40,577 bases of DNA from Microthyrium microscopicum (Eukaryota), in assembly GCA_010405405.1 (NCBI GenBank), contig MU004240.1, positions 1,332,882 through 1,373,458 on the forward strand, given 5' to 3'. How positions within the stretch are numbered: position 1 is the first letter of the stretch; every line of letters begins with the position of its first letter. Below, piece after piece: positions 11,918-23,326 of this stretch. The position numbers and the translations under genes were made by a program. The notes beneath the pieces were generated by a model. It searched no databases. It saw nothing but the letters and a program-made list of their open reading frames with translations, and had not been told where the DNA came from.

Positions 11918-14318
11918 AATCGACGCCATGACTCAAAGATTTTCCACTTGATAGTATCATGAGCGACTCCTTGTACATTATTACTTACTGCTGTTGTCAA
12001 GCGTGACAATTCCGCAAAACACATACTTTAAAGCAATGCATCATGAGCCTCACGACTCGAAATGAAACTTGATTAGAGCAAAATTCGAAATCCCCATACA
12101 CCACTGATCGACGGCGGTCGCCAGGATGCGTGGCTTTGGGTTATTTTCCTTTGAAGAGTTCAGTACTTGTTCTCGTACCTGTGTTTCCCTTTCATATGAT
12201 ATACAATATGGTGCCAGTCACTAGCAACAGGGGCGTTCGGTTCGAGAGTTGACATCGCTGGTCCTGCTGGAGGTCGAGAAGAGTCGAAAATCGTGTGTCT
12301 GAGAAGCCCAGGCTATCTTGATGTGGAAAACAGTCGGAAGCTATGTCTGAAAGCATGCTGGGCATGAGGAGTATATGGAGGGAACGATTCTTGCAAACGG
12401 GCCTGTCGTTGATCGTGAAAGGGCGCATATACATCGGTAAAGCAGAACGCACGACTGGCATGATCTAATCATGATTTGGAAGTAACCGAGCAGCCATGAG
12501 AAATACAACCACTGCCCACTGCAAACCATTCGCCAGTCTTTATAATCTCTCTGATGTTCTCCCTTGCTACAGAGTTAGCTTGCGTTCCGGGTGGATGTTG
12601 CATTTCCTTGCTTCCAGATTTTCCCGAGTTGGTTGCCTTATTCCAAGTAGTGGTACAAGACAGTAGAGTGCCAGGTCGAGTTGTTGTAAACTAATGGTTG
12701 CTTGCCAGCAACTTCCAACTGCAGGTACATACCAGGATATATAACGCTCAAAAAGCTCATCCATGTGCGAGTTTTCTTTTGGAGCATGCACAAGTTCTTC
12801 TGTACCTGTCGATCTCCTGTGGCGGCGGCTTATTTTGTGCTTCTTCTCACCAAACTAAGCGTGGCTGATGTCTGAAACAGCATCGCTTGACCAAAAGCAG
12901 TCTCCGTGATGTTTCAGCATTCTCAAAGCAGTAAGCAGCTCCACGATTTATCCCACTTTGGAAAACTTGTCCGTTGAGGCTCTTACCGATTGTTGAAAGG
13001 TACGCGTTTTTCTACGCCTTCTGCTCTTATACGAATGCGACAATGGATAAGCGAGGCCTTGGGACAGTGATGGGCGTGCAGCAAGGCTGGTATTGGTGAT
13101 GGTGTTACGGTACGATTGTGTACCAGCTACTAATAGTTGGACAAGTACATGATTCCGAGTACTTTGCCGATGGGAGAAACAATTGTGTTCCCATGGTCTA
13201 TTGGTGTTATCCGTCATATATTTCTGCTAATACAATGCGCGTCGCATACAAATCTATACTATTGGTAGAGTTGAGTATCTTTTGTCATAGTGGTACATAG
13301 AGCTGTTCTTTGTGTCAAACAAGACAGCTTCTTCTTGCGACCCTCAACATGTATTCCCCCTGATCTGTTGATTGGGTCAGAAGCCATGTTTCCTCACACT
13401 TCCAACCGGTTTCTGCTGATTGCCCTTATGAGATGCCATCAATGAATGTACATCTAATCTTCTGACCCACTGTCAAACTTGTCCTGCAAGCCCACTTCAT
13501 TCCTCTCCAGCTGGTTTCTCCTCCTTTTTATGGCCGATGCTACTATACATCTGCGTGGGCTCTTCGCCCTTGGATTTGTATGTAACGGGCATGGGCCCAC
13601 GAAAGCGTTTCCGCATGTCTATAAGATTGCGTTTACACACGCCGTATGTGTATTTCAGTGCGCGACACTCATCAGACAGCGTGTCTACGAGCGGTGGACG
13701 TAGGCAATCGCCTGGTTTGTTGCCTTTCATTACGCAGTCGGACTCGGAGAGACATTGGGCGAGAGCATCACCTAAAGGCGAAAGCGCTTAGTCTCGTACT
13801 ATGGATGCTCTGGGACGGAAGGACGTACGTATCTCTTGACAGGAAGGCATGATTGAGGTGGATCGAAGAGCTTGCGTCGAGCAGGATAGAGACTTAAAAG
13901 ACCCAATATAGAGACACGTTGAGAAAAGGTTTGCCAGGCAGGTTCTCGGTTGCTGAAGTCAAACGGGGGTCCTGGACAATTGACAGGCTACCTGGTTCCT
14001 AAGTTCTAACCCGGTACATAAAAGATCTAGGATGGTGAATTGATACCTTTTATGCTTTAGCGAGCTACGCGGCAACCGCGGCTCGTGGCTTGGCGCGCGC
14101 GTGGCATCTCACGAGCTAGCAAGGGTATTGCTTGCAGTCACATTGTCACATGTTTATCATCGACGTCAACGTCAATCATCTACAGTACTGTCCCATTTCA
14201 GGTCAACCTCAGGGTCGTCCTGTCCAGTTTTGTTCATGACTAGCATTATGGATTTATAGCCGGCCAATACTGGACTACACTCTAGATTTCAGTGACCCGC
14301 TATTTGGCTTGCGACAGC

Positions 14319-16302
14319 ATGGCTTTCTCCTTGCCCTTCTTGGGGCGATTGTACTTCATAGAGTACATCACTCTGCTTATCTCTCTCCTCTTTCTGTTTC
14401 TCGAAGGCGCCATTCGAATCATCACACTGGCCCTTCCCCAGCCAATCATCAATATATGCTATCGAGGATCAAGAAGACTGTTTAATGCTCTGTCGGATGC
14501 GACCTCGAAGCGTTCGCGAAACAAAAAGAAAGCCATTGTACAGTCCCTAGTTGAGGCCGCGGACTTCCTAGAGCTATGCGAGCTGTACGGATATACTGCG
14601 GAAGAACATATTGTACAGACTAAGGATGGATACCTGTTGGGACTCCACAGGTTAGCCTGGCGGCGCGGGGAATATCTATCACCTGTCAATGCTGGTCCTG
14701 GAAGTATACAAAAGAAAGTCATATTTTGTATGCATGGTCTTTTGATGAACTCTGAAGTCTGGGTATGCCTGACGGATAAAGAGCGTTGTTTGCCATTCCA
14801 GTTGGTCGAGGCAGGCTATGATGTTTGGGTGAGTGATGTTTCAGATCAGGGCCAGGTGTATACTAACAGTACTACAGTTCGGAAACAATCGTGGCAACAA
14901 ATACTCTAAAAAATCGACGAAATGGGCACCGACTGAGGCGAGATTTTGGTCATTTTCCATTGACCAGTTCGCTTTCCATGACATCCCAGACAGCATCGAT
15001 TACATCTTAAAGGCAACGGGTCAACCATCCCTATCATACATTGGCTTCTCACAAGGCACAGCGCAAGCCTTTGCGAGCTTGTCGGTCCATCCTCAACTCA
15101 ATCAGAAAGTTGATGTGTTCATTGCTCTAGCACCAGCAATGGCCCCTCCAGGTTTATCATCACGACTTGTCAACTCTTTAGCCAAGGCAACACCGCATTT
15201 CTTGTTCCTTGCTTTCGGACGAAAGGCGATACTGAGCTCGGCAACAATGTGGGAAGCGTTACTATACCCTCCAATCTTCGTTCGATTAGTGGATCAAGGA
15301 AACGCTTTTCTTTTTGGATGGAAAAACCACAACATGTCACCTCACCAAAAGCTCGCCGCCTATCCACATCTATACTCTTATACGTCAACAAAATCCGTTG
15401 TCCATTGGTTCCAGATCATTCGAAATGGCAAATTTCAAATGTACGATGATGAAATTCAAGGACCACTAGCCATATCCGATACTTCAAAATACTACAAGGT
15501 GGCCAAGTTCCCGACCCGTAACATCAAGACCCCCATCGTACTGCTATATGGTGGCAGTGACAGTCTCGTTGATATCAACGTCATGCTGAAAGAGCTCCCA
15601 CATCACGCTGAGGTCCGTGAGATACCCCATTATGAGCATCTGGACTTCCTCTGGGCTCATGACGTTGACCAACAAGTCTTCCCGCATGTTTTTGCAGCCC
15701 TCAAAAAGTACACCATGGACGGTGGCTTGTCACCGGAGCATTTAGTCTATCCAAAATCACCATATCCGCGCTCGGCGAACGATTCGCCAGATAAAAGCGC
15801 AGAAGAATTAACAGCCACAGAGGATGAAAGTTTACAAAAGCACACTGAAAACATTACCGGAGCTGACAGCTCCAGCAGCACTCATTATAAAACCCTCCCA
15901 GCATATTCACCAACCACAACATCACACACCGCCCTTACGGAACAAACATCTGGAAGCAGACCCGAAGGTTGGTGGTCTTCAGACGATGTTGCCGGCACAG
16001 AGCCGAATACACCCTCGAAGATAGACAAGGACATGCTATCTCCAACATCACCAACTTCTCTCAAAGGCTCTCTTGAAGATCGGCTGAAGGTCGCCAAGAA
16101 AAATTCCCATTCCAGTCTTCGCTCAATTGACTTTTCCAATGAGCGTGGCATCCGAATTGGCGTTGCCAAAGCACTTGGTGCAGTGAGCCAAGAGAACAGT
16201 GCTCAGGGCATTACAGTATCGCATGAATCAAAAGATGGCAAAGCAACGAAAAGTGGAGAGGGAAAGAAGAAGTTGAAAAAGAAGCTGCGTATTCAGGCGT
16301 AG
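14319..16302 (+). CDS. AB-hydrolase lipase / steryl-ester hydrolase (Tgl1/Yeh-like, acid-lipase family), ~644 aa, exons 14319-14828 and 14878-16302
   Basis: N-terminal hydrophobic segment followed by EEHIVQTKDGYLLGLHR, HGLLMNSEVW and GYDVW|FGNNRGNKYS across a 49-nt GTGAGT...CTAAC...CAG intron. Catalytic motifs are the nucleophile elbow GFSQG, GGSDSLVD (Asp) and HYEHLDFLW (His). The C-terminal tail is Ser/Thr-rich. Confidence 0.9.
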
Positions 16303-17014
16303 AAGCCGATATCAAGCATATTTAATTGGCGCGGAACTCCACGTGAGGTTTTGAAGTCCGAGATGGAGGCTGCTAGGGGTACACGTAATAGCATGACTGG
16401 CGTACACAAGCACTAGAGCTTAATGATGATTATGAGCATGTTATACACACCCTCAACGTGATAGTTACTTCCTCGTTTTTGGTGAGATCACGGCAATAAC
16501 AAACTACTAGATTAGGCAGGTATACCCCGATGAAATCACGGATTCTAGGGTGTGAGGTCCGAACTCGGTTGTATGAAACGTAAATGATGGCAAATGGTTA
16601 GAAACCATTCTAGGCAGAATAGTATCTAGAATTCTCTTACTTATAAATGGAACTCGGCGTACACCGGAATGACTCTGATGAATTGAAACAATATGACGGA
16701 AAAGATGCCGCATGCCGCTAATCATCAATCGACCAATGAAATAGCCTCAATATCAGACATTACAGGGGTCGCATCGCGAGCCTCCCATGCAGCTTCAATG
16801 AGCCGCATCCTAAAATAAATGCCGAGCACATGCATTAATTGACGACTCCTGTCACCAACTTTTGTTCTTGATATTTCGACTTCATAACGGTCGCCTGTTC
16901 GTGCAAAACACTCCTTTGGCCTCATTTTGGCCCTCCTTCTTACATTGAACCCTGATCACCGCCCGTTATCGAACATTCAACTTTTTATATCCACCGATAA
17001 GGAATTTTGATATC

Positions 17015-18237
17015 ATGCCTTCGACTTTCACAGCTCGCGCTTTTGCTCGAAACGCTTTCCGCACTGCTCAATCGACTCCGAAAACACCATTACTTCGCTC
17101 CTCTGGTCGGTTTACTCCCCCTACTCAAGCTTTCCGCCAGCAATCTCGTCGCGGATACTCAACAGAGCCTCCGGCAGCCAAAGGGGGCAGCAATGCGTTG
17201 AAATATATCTTGGGCGTTGGCGCTATTGTTGGTGGAGGAGGCTACTACGCTTATACTCAAGGGCTTTTTGGCGGAGAGACTGCGCTAGCTAAGGAGTTTA
17301 CGCCTGCTTTTGCGGACTATCAGAAAGTTTATGATGCGGTCGCAAAGAAGCTTGTGGAGAAGGACGAATATGATGATGGAAGTTATGGACCTGTGCTGCT
17401 GCGTCTGGCATGGCATGCAAGTGGAACGTAAGTGTTTGTGGAAGTCTTTGGTGGGAACACTACTTACTGGCCTATTAGATACGACAAGGACACGAATACT
17501 GGCGGATCGAATGGCGCGACTATGCGCTTCCAACCTGAGGGAGACCATGGCGCGAATGCCGGTCTGACACATGCTCGTGACTTCTTGGAGTCAATTAAAC
17601 AGGAATATCCATGGATCACATATTCTGGTAGGAGATCTAGAGCACTGTTATTCATTGGTAATGCTGACAGGATTCAGACCTCTGGACGCTGGCTGGTGTC
17701 GCCGCCATCCAAGAAATGCAAGGCCCAGTCATTCCCTGGCGTCCCGGCCGTGCTGATCGTGACGTGAGCTTCTGTACTCCCGACGGCCGTCTGCCCGACG
17801 CATCCAAGAACCACGATCACTTGCGCGCCATCTTCAACCGCATGGGTTTCAACGACCAAGAAATCGTCGCTCTCTCCGGCGCACACGCGCTCGGCCGCTG
17901 TCACACCGATCGCTCCGGATTTGACGGACCCTGGACGTTCTCACCAACAGTGCTGACGAACGACTACTATGCGTTGTTGATGGATGAGAAGTGGCAGTGG
18001 AAGAAATGGAATGGTCCAGCTCAGCTTGAAGACAAGAAAACCAAGAGCTTGATGATGTTGCCAACAGACTATGCGCTGATCAAGGACAAGTCGTTCCGGA
18101 AGACGGTCGAGTTGTATGCGAGGGATAATGATGCGTTCTTCAAAGACTTTTCGGAGGTTGTTATGAAGTTGTTTGAGCTGGGTGTTCCATTCACGGCTAG
18201 CGAGGAGAGTCGGTTCCGGTTCAAGCCTTCGGAGTAG
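17015..18237 (+). CDS. CCP1: Mitochondrial cytochrome c peroxidase (class I heme peroxidase), ~373 aa, exons 17015-17427, 17479-17627, 17678-18237
   Basis: Arg/Ser/Thr-rich presequence, then a hydrophobic sorting segment [17 protein letters not shown]. Motifs: distal [27 protein letters not shown], proximal [16 protein letters not shown] (radical Trp) and LMMLPTD. Two short GT-AG introns restore the frame. Confidence 0.95.
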
Positions 18238-18418
18238 ACCGGTTGAGGGTATCGGATCCTATGATGGTTGTGCTGTTTGATTTTGTTTATTACCCAATAG
18301 AACGTGTATAGATGTAGAATCGGACATTTGATAGAGTCTGTTGTAGTTTATAGATAGAGGAATACTTCACTTGAAATTTTCATTATAGACACGGTGTCAA
18401 TAAAGACGCTGTAAGTCA

Positions 18419-19079
18419 TCAGACTCCATCCACGAGTGCTCGGTCGTCATCGTCACTGTCTGATCCATCCTCGCTCTCACTATCCGATCCATCTTCGCTC
18501 TCAGTATCTGATTCATCTCCGCTCTCATCTTCCCCTTCTTGTGCAGTCGCGACCATTCTCGCTACCTTCGCCTTCTCAGAATCCAATTGTCTCTTTGCTT
18601 GAGCTAATTGTAGATTCAACTCTGCAATCTCGATATCCTGAGACGCCATCATTTGGTCCTTGACACAATTGGTCCTTAGCAGCAATCATTTGGTCACCTT
18701 GAGCAAGCATCTCGTCTTTAGTAGCAATCAGCGCGTCTAACTTGGCTTTGTGCTGGTCGCTTTGGGCATTTAGCTCGACCTGGACAGCAATTCTCTTGTC
18801 CTTGCTAGCAATCCATTCGACTTGATTGGCAATCAGCGCGACCTGACCAGCAACCAACTCGTCCCTATTAGCAATCTGTGCGTCCTTTTGAGCAATCTGC
18901 TCGTCGTTACTAGCGACCTGGTTGTTGATGATGGACATTATCCCGTCGGAAAAGCCACGACAAGAAGCAGCTACTTCGCTCGGTAAACGATCCAAGCTAT
19001 TCAACACTTTTGCAATTTGCCGGTTCATGTCTTGTGAAGGTGAAGTTGAGGTAGATGAGATGTGATCAGGCTGCGCCAT
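18419..19079 (-). pseudogene. Orphan heptad-repeat coiled-coil protein with acidic tail, interrupted by a frameshift at ~18665 (pseudogene or sequence error)
   Basis: ATG at 19079 (MAQPDHISS...) leads into about 12 heptads (IAQKDAQ IANRDEL VAGQVAL IANQVEW ... LAQGDQM IAAKDQL). The same pattern resumes in another frame (VKDQM MASQDIE IAELNLQ LAQAKRQ) and ends in an ESEDGSD repeat tail and TGA at 18419-18421. No intron fits at the junction. Confidence 0.55.
18455..18526 (-). repeat. 3 x 24-bp tandem repeat encoding ES(G/E)D(E/G)SD(T/S)
   Basis: Plus-strand units: actgtctgatccatcctcgctctc / actatccgatccatcttcgctctc / agtatctgattcatctccgctctc. Confidence 0.85.
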
Positions 19080-19535
19080 ATCTGGTTGTTCTGCTGGTTT
19101 TTGTGTGGATTCTGCTTGCGTGTCGCTTTTAACACCATTAGGTGCTATAATAATCCTGATAGCAATGAGTTTTGGGCAGGGCGAGGAGGGAGAGTTGATG
19201 TTGAGGGATGTCAAAGTTGTAGATTCGTTGTTGATGAATATCAGATGTCGTGGGAAGACTCGTAGCTTACGAGGGCCGCCGCTGTAAGATATGGAGAGAG
19301 CTAAGGTCACCTTGGGATTAACTTAGTGCTGCTTTGAGACTTGGAAGGCAGTTGCAAAGGAAGTTCCTTCCTATTTTTTCACCATAAGGCTGCGACCTCC
19401 CACGTCCACCGCAAGCTTCTCGTCCAAATCGCAAGCAGATGTCTTTCGTTCGCATTGTTTGATCTTAATACGTCTCTTGCGTTGGCTACTAAATCTTCAG
19501 CGAAGCATTTTCGCTTGATGATTCGAATATGTAAT

Positions 19536-20930
19536 CTATTCATCGACTATCCGATCTGTGATAGTACAGAATATGCCTGCTGCTGCACAATCAACTGAAC
19601 ATTTATCATACTGCGGTTTCTCACCAGCATAAATCCCAGGTGCTTCAGGCGAAGAGAAGAAATCCAGCTTATCAACATCATACTCTCGAAGCTGATGTCT
19701 AAGCCTCTCGAGTGCCAATTTCGCTCTTCGCTGTGCCCACCACATACTCTCCACTTTCGCATTCGCCACCGCCGAAAAGAAGTGAAACATGAGCAAATAA
19801 GCAACCATATCTCCCTGCTTCTCCAACCTGACCATCCCCGCCGACATAAGAATCGGCCACGTGAACAAATACCTCGAAATCGCATGATCCAGCCTCGATA
19901 CATCTAGCATCCCACGATCCCTCAGCTTCAGCACAGAAATGACCGGCACCACCCGCACCACCTCGCGGTGATACGCCTGGTACGCCTCATCACCATCCTT
20001 CCTTGCATCATCTGGCCTCAGCAGCATATAATGCCTTTTAAACGCCGCATGCAATTCCGCCGGCACATCCGACCCATTCACCAAAGCCGCAAGCTGAATC
20101 TTCGGACTATACGCCATCGTAGCCGCCCACAACGAGCCCTTTAATAAACCCTGTTCTATCACGATGCCCTTGATGCCTTTGCCAAGCGGGATGAGGTCGC
20201 CTATGCCGGACATGCTTACTTCGTTCTGCTCTGGCTTGGCCCATGCGTAATGCAGTAGCAGGACGGAGAAGGCGAAGAGATGGCTTGCTTGGTCATCGCT
20301 TAGGTTTGCATTGAGAGCGAGACGGCAGCCGTTGATGGCGATGGTTTGGTGCTGGAGTTCGGCGTCGGCGATGGTTTGGTCGTGGGGTTGCGTTGCGAGG
20401 AGGTGGGCGGCGGCGATGGCGAGGAGGGAGTGCATTAGATATTCGTTCTGATGATGGATTAGTTGGGAGGCTATAGATAAGCAGATGGTGATGGGGAGGT
20501 TACGGTTAGTGCCATTTGGATATTCTCTTTCCATATCGTATCGCGTGGTCTACCACCGAGGGCCAGGGTGTGCAGCGTTTGGTGCTCGAATTGGTAGAAG
20601 AGCCGTATGTTCATGAGGTCAAGATGCGAGCTTGGGATGCTGGTGAATTTGACTTTTTCGTCTTCTGGTTCATTGTCGATTTTGGGTGGGCGGATACATT
20701 CGTCGCCTCTTCGTCTGCATGCTGAGCATTTTGGTGTTTTTTCATCACACTGAAAAGACCACTTAGTAAACACTCAAAAACATGTAAGATGTTATGTTGG
20801 AATGTACCTTGATTTTGCGAGCTTTGCAGCTTGAACATCCATATCTTGACTTCCGATGGGTCCGACGGACTCGAGATGTACTTCCATCAGTCTGGATATC
20901 TGCAAATTGAAGTTCGGGTTTTTTAGCCAT
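19536..20930 (-). CDS. Zn(II)2Cys6 transcription factor, Upc2/Ecm22-like, ~426 aa, exons 20930-20808, 20749-20504, 20447-19536
   Basis: Spliced N-terminus RRTHRKSRYGCSSCKARKIK|CDEKTPKCSACRRRGDEC has all six Cys and the RRxHxKSRxGC lead-in typical of Upc2-like proteins. The middle region ...LFYQFEHQT...WKENIQMALT|NEYLMHSLLAIAAAHL is typical of this subfamily. Both introns are GT-AG with CTAAG/CTAAT branch sites. Confidence 0.88.
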
Positions 20931-21367
20931 TATCGATGATCAAAACGGGTAAACGAGGATATCCGAACATGATTTCGGGACCTGTCTCTTTAAAAGGCTT
21001 ACATCTCGTTTCATGCTCGTATACCGAATGGGGAACACGAGCGTGCTAGTTCTACATTTGGGTTAGCCTCTGGGTGCATCTTCAAGATTTATATCGCTAT
21101 TATTCGCCAGCCTGAAATGATATATTTTACAAATATAGCTTTGAGCGATTGCCAGAGCTCAAACGTACAGAATCAAGCACTTCAACTTACCATTTTGCAT
21201 TGGGTTCTTGCCCAGCTCGTGCCTCATGTTGTGGTTAGTGACGTCACGAAGTAAATAAATGACAAGGACTATGGGAACCTAGGACGTGTGGGCTCGTGGC
21301 GAGTGAGACATGCTCACTTTGATACTTACATTTTCTTCCAATTCACTTCTGCAGTTACAATTACACC
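20931..21367. promoter_or_regulatory. 437-bp divergent promoter region with SRE-like motifs and a CRE palindrome
   Basis: TAAACGA (TCGTTTA on minus) at 20950-20956, TCGTTTC at 21006-21012, TCGTATA at 21017-21023, CCGAA-N6-TTCGG at 20963-20978 and GTGACGTCAC at 21238-21247. The motifs are seen directly. Function is inferred. Confidence 0.4.
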
Positions 21368-22356
21368 ATGCCTGCTGAAACTCACGAATTAAGAGCTGGG
21401 AAGCTGTTCTCAGTTCAGGACTATGTATGCGTTGTCACGGGCGGAGGTACCACTACCCTTCTAAGATATTCTTCGGGTCATGCTTAACTCTTCTCAGGAA
21501 CGGGTATAGGACTAATGGCCGCTCAAGCACTAGCTGCCAACGGAGCAAAAGTATACATCACAGGCCGTCGAGCAGAAGTCCTTGAAAAGGCATCAAAATG
21601 GCACGACCCGAATGGAGGAACCGGCTCCATCATCGCAAGTGTAACCACAGATGTCACCAGCAAAGACGACTTGGAGAAGCTCGTGGACTACATCTCCAGT
21701 AAGGAGAAACACGTCGACCTGCTGATAACCGCCGCCGGCATCTCCGGTCCAAAGGCTGAGCCAGACACCAAGGATGCCAAAGATCTTAAAGCCAAATTAT
21801 GGGATAATGAGAGCTTCGAGGACTGGAACAAGACCATGACTACAGATGTTAGCGCGGTATACTTCACTACTGTCGCTTTCCTTCCGCTGCTGCAGGCGGG
21901 TTCCAACGTCAAAGGCCACCTGACTGCCTCGGTAATCGTGATATCCAGCATGTCCGGAATCATGCGGCATGCGCAAGGCCATTTCAGCTACAATGCGGCC
22001 AAAGGTGGCACGGTACACCTCACCAAGCTGATGAGTGCCGAGTTCCAAAAGGCAAAGATCCGAGTGAACAGCATTGCTCCTGGTTACTTCCCGAGTGAAA
22101 TGACAACGAATGAAAGCGGGAAGGACAATAAGAGTGAGATCCCTGATGAGAAGATACAGGAAAAGGGTCATGTTCCAGCGGGTCGGCCGGGCGAGGATGA
22201 AGAGATGGCGATGGCGGTGGTAAGTTTTATCTGTGTGGTGCTTGTTGAAGTTACTAATTGCTACTGTGTTAGCTGTTTCTGGCAAGAAACAATTATGTCA
22301 ACGGGGAGATCCTCGCTATTGATGGTGGAGTTTTGAATGTCGTGGGTGGGCGCTGA
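21368..22356 (+). CDS. Classical short-chain dehydrogenase/reductase, ~294 aa, exons 21368-21446, 21498-22219, 22273-22356
   Basis: Rossmann motif VVTGGG|TGIG restored by splicing, then TGRR, TAAGI, catalytic SSMSG and YNAAK, RVNSIAPGYFPSEMT and C-terminal YVNGEILAIDGG. Substrate unknown. Confidence 0.92.
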
Positions 22357-23326
22357 AGAATTGTCCAAAAGTGTATGTTGTGTCTGATTGTTGATGAGAC
22401 GGGAGGAGAGGGATGCAGGTTGTCATTGCCGGCCGGGCAGATTCTATGCAAATATGTGCAGTATGCGGTGAAGCCAAGAGATGCACAAAATAGATGGACA
22501 TACGCATATGGCCAATGGAGACGAATGTGTTGGCAGATTGTTTTTATATTGTCGAGTCAAGGACTACAAGTCGTGTTGTTGACGCGAAAAGCAAACAGGC
22601 CGGGGCTGACCTTCCACTTTGAGATGGAAGGGTACATGCAATTATTTCATGCTTATCCATGGCTAATCCATCCCCCATAGATTATTTGGGATCTGACACA
22701 GGCAACATAGACAGATTTAGTTGTATAATAAAAAGTTATGGAATTGTAAAAGTGCTGATTATAATGCATAGCCGTCTCCGTGCCAACGATACTTTGAAAC
22801 GCAGCAACTTTTGGATTTGCAGGAGAGTGTGAGAGCATCTCGCGTGTTGGACTGTTGGACGGAAGTTGCACGCGTGCACTGCATCCGGTATTGTACCAAG
22901 AGTCGTCTACCTGTTGAACCTTGATCCTTAACACCATACCATTAACACAGCCTGATATTCCCACCCACTACTACCAACTCCCATCTCTTCGTGTAACCTC
23001 AAACTCTCCTTTCTCCTCCATCTCGGAATCCGAATGCCGCTCCAAAATCCACCTTGAGGCTCCTCTACAGCCGCCCAGTCCCTCCCACCACCACACTATT
23101 CCGCTATCCGCCTCTACATTCTGGTCGTCATCTCTAATTGAGACTGCTATGACGATTCCGGTGTTCCTTTCAGCACCCGCGTCTCTTTTCCTACTCGACC
23201 CTCAATCCGACCACCGCTGCGTCCAACTTCAAGCTGGCCCCCACCCCTACTCCATGTTGTCCTAAGCGCACCCCCATTCGAGGTTGAACGTCACCGCTGC
23301 GCTGCTGTAAACCGTTTCTGAACAAC

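Noticed and set aside
16731..16752. CCAAT box upstream of CCP1 as a CBC-HapX bipartite site
   Set aside because: CCAAT is present, but the triplet after 12 nt is ATA, which does not match RWT. A lone CCAAT is too common to call.
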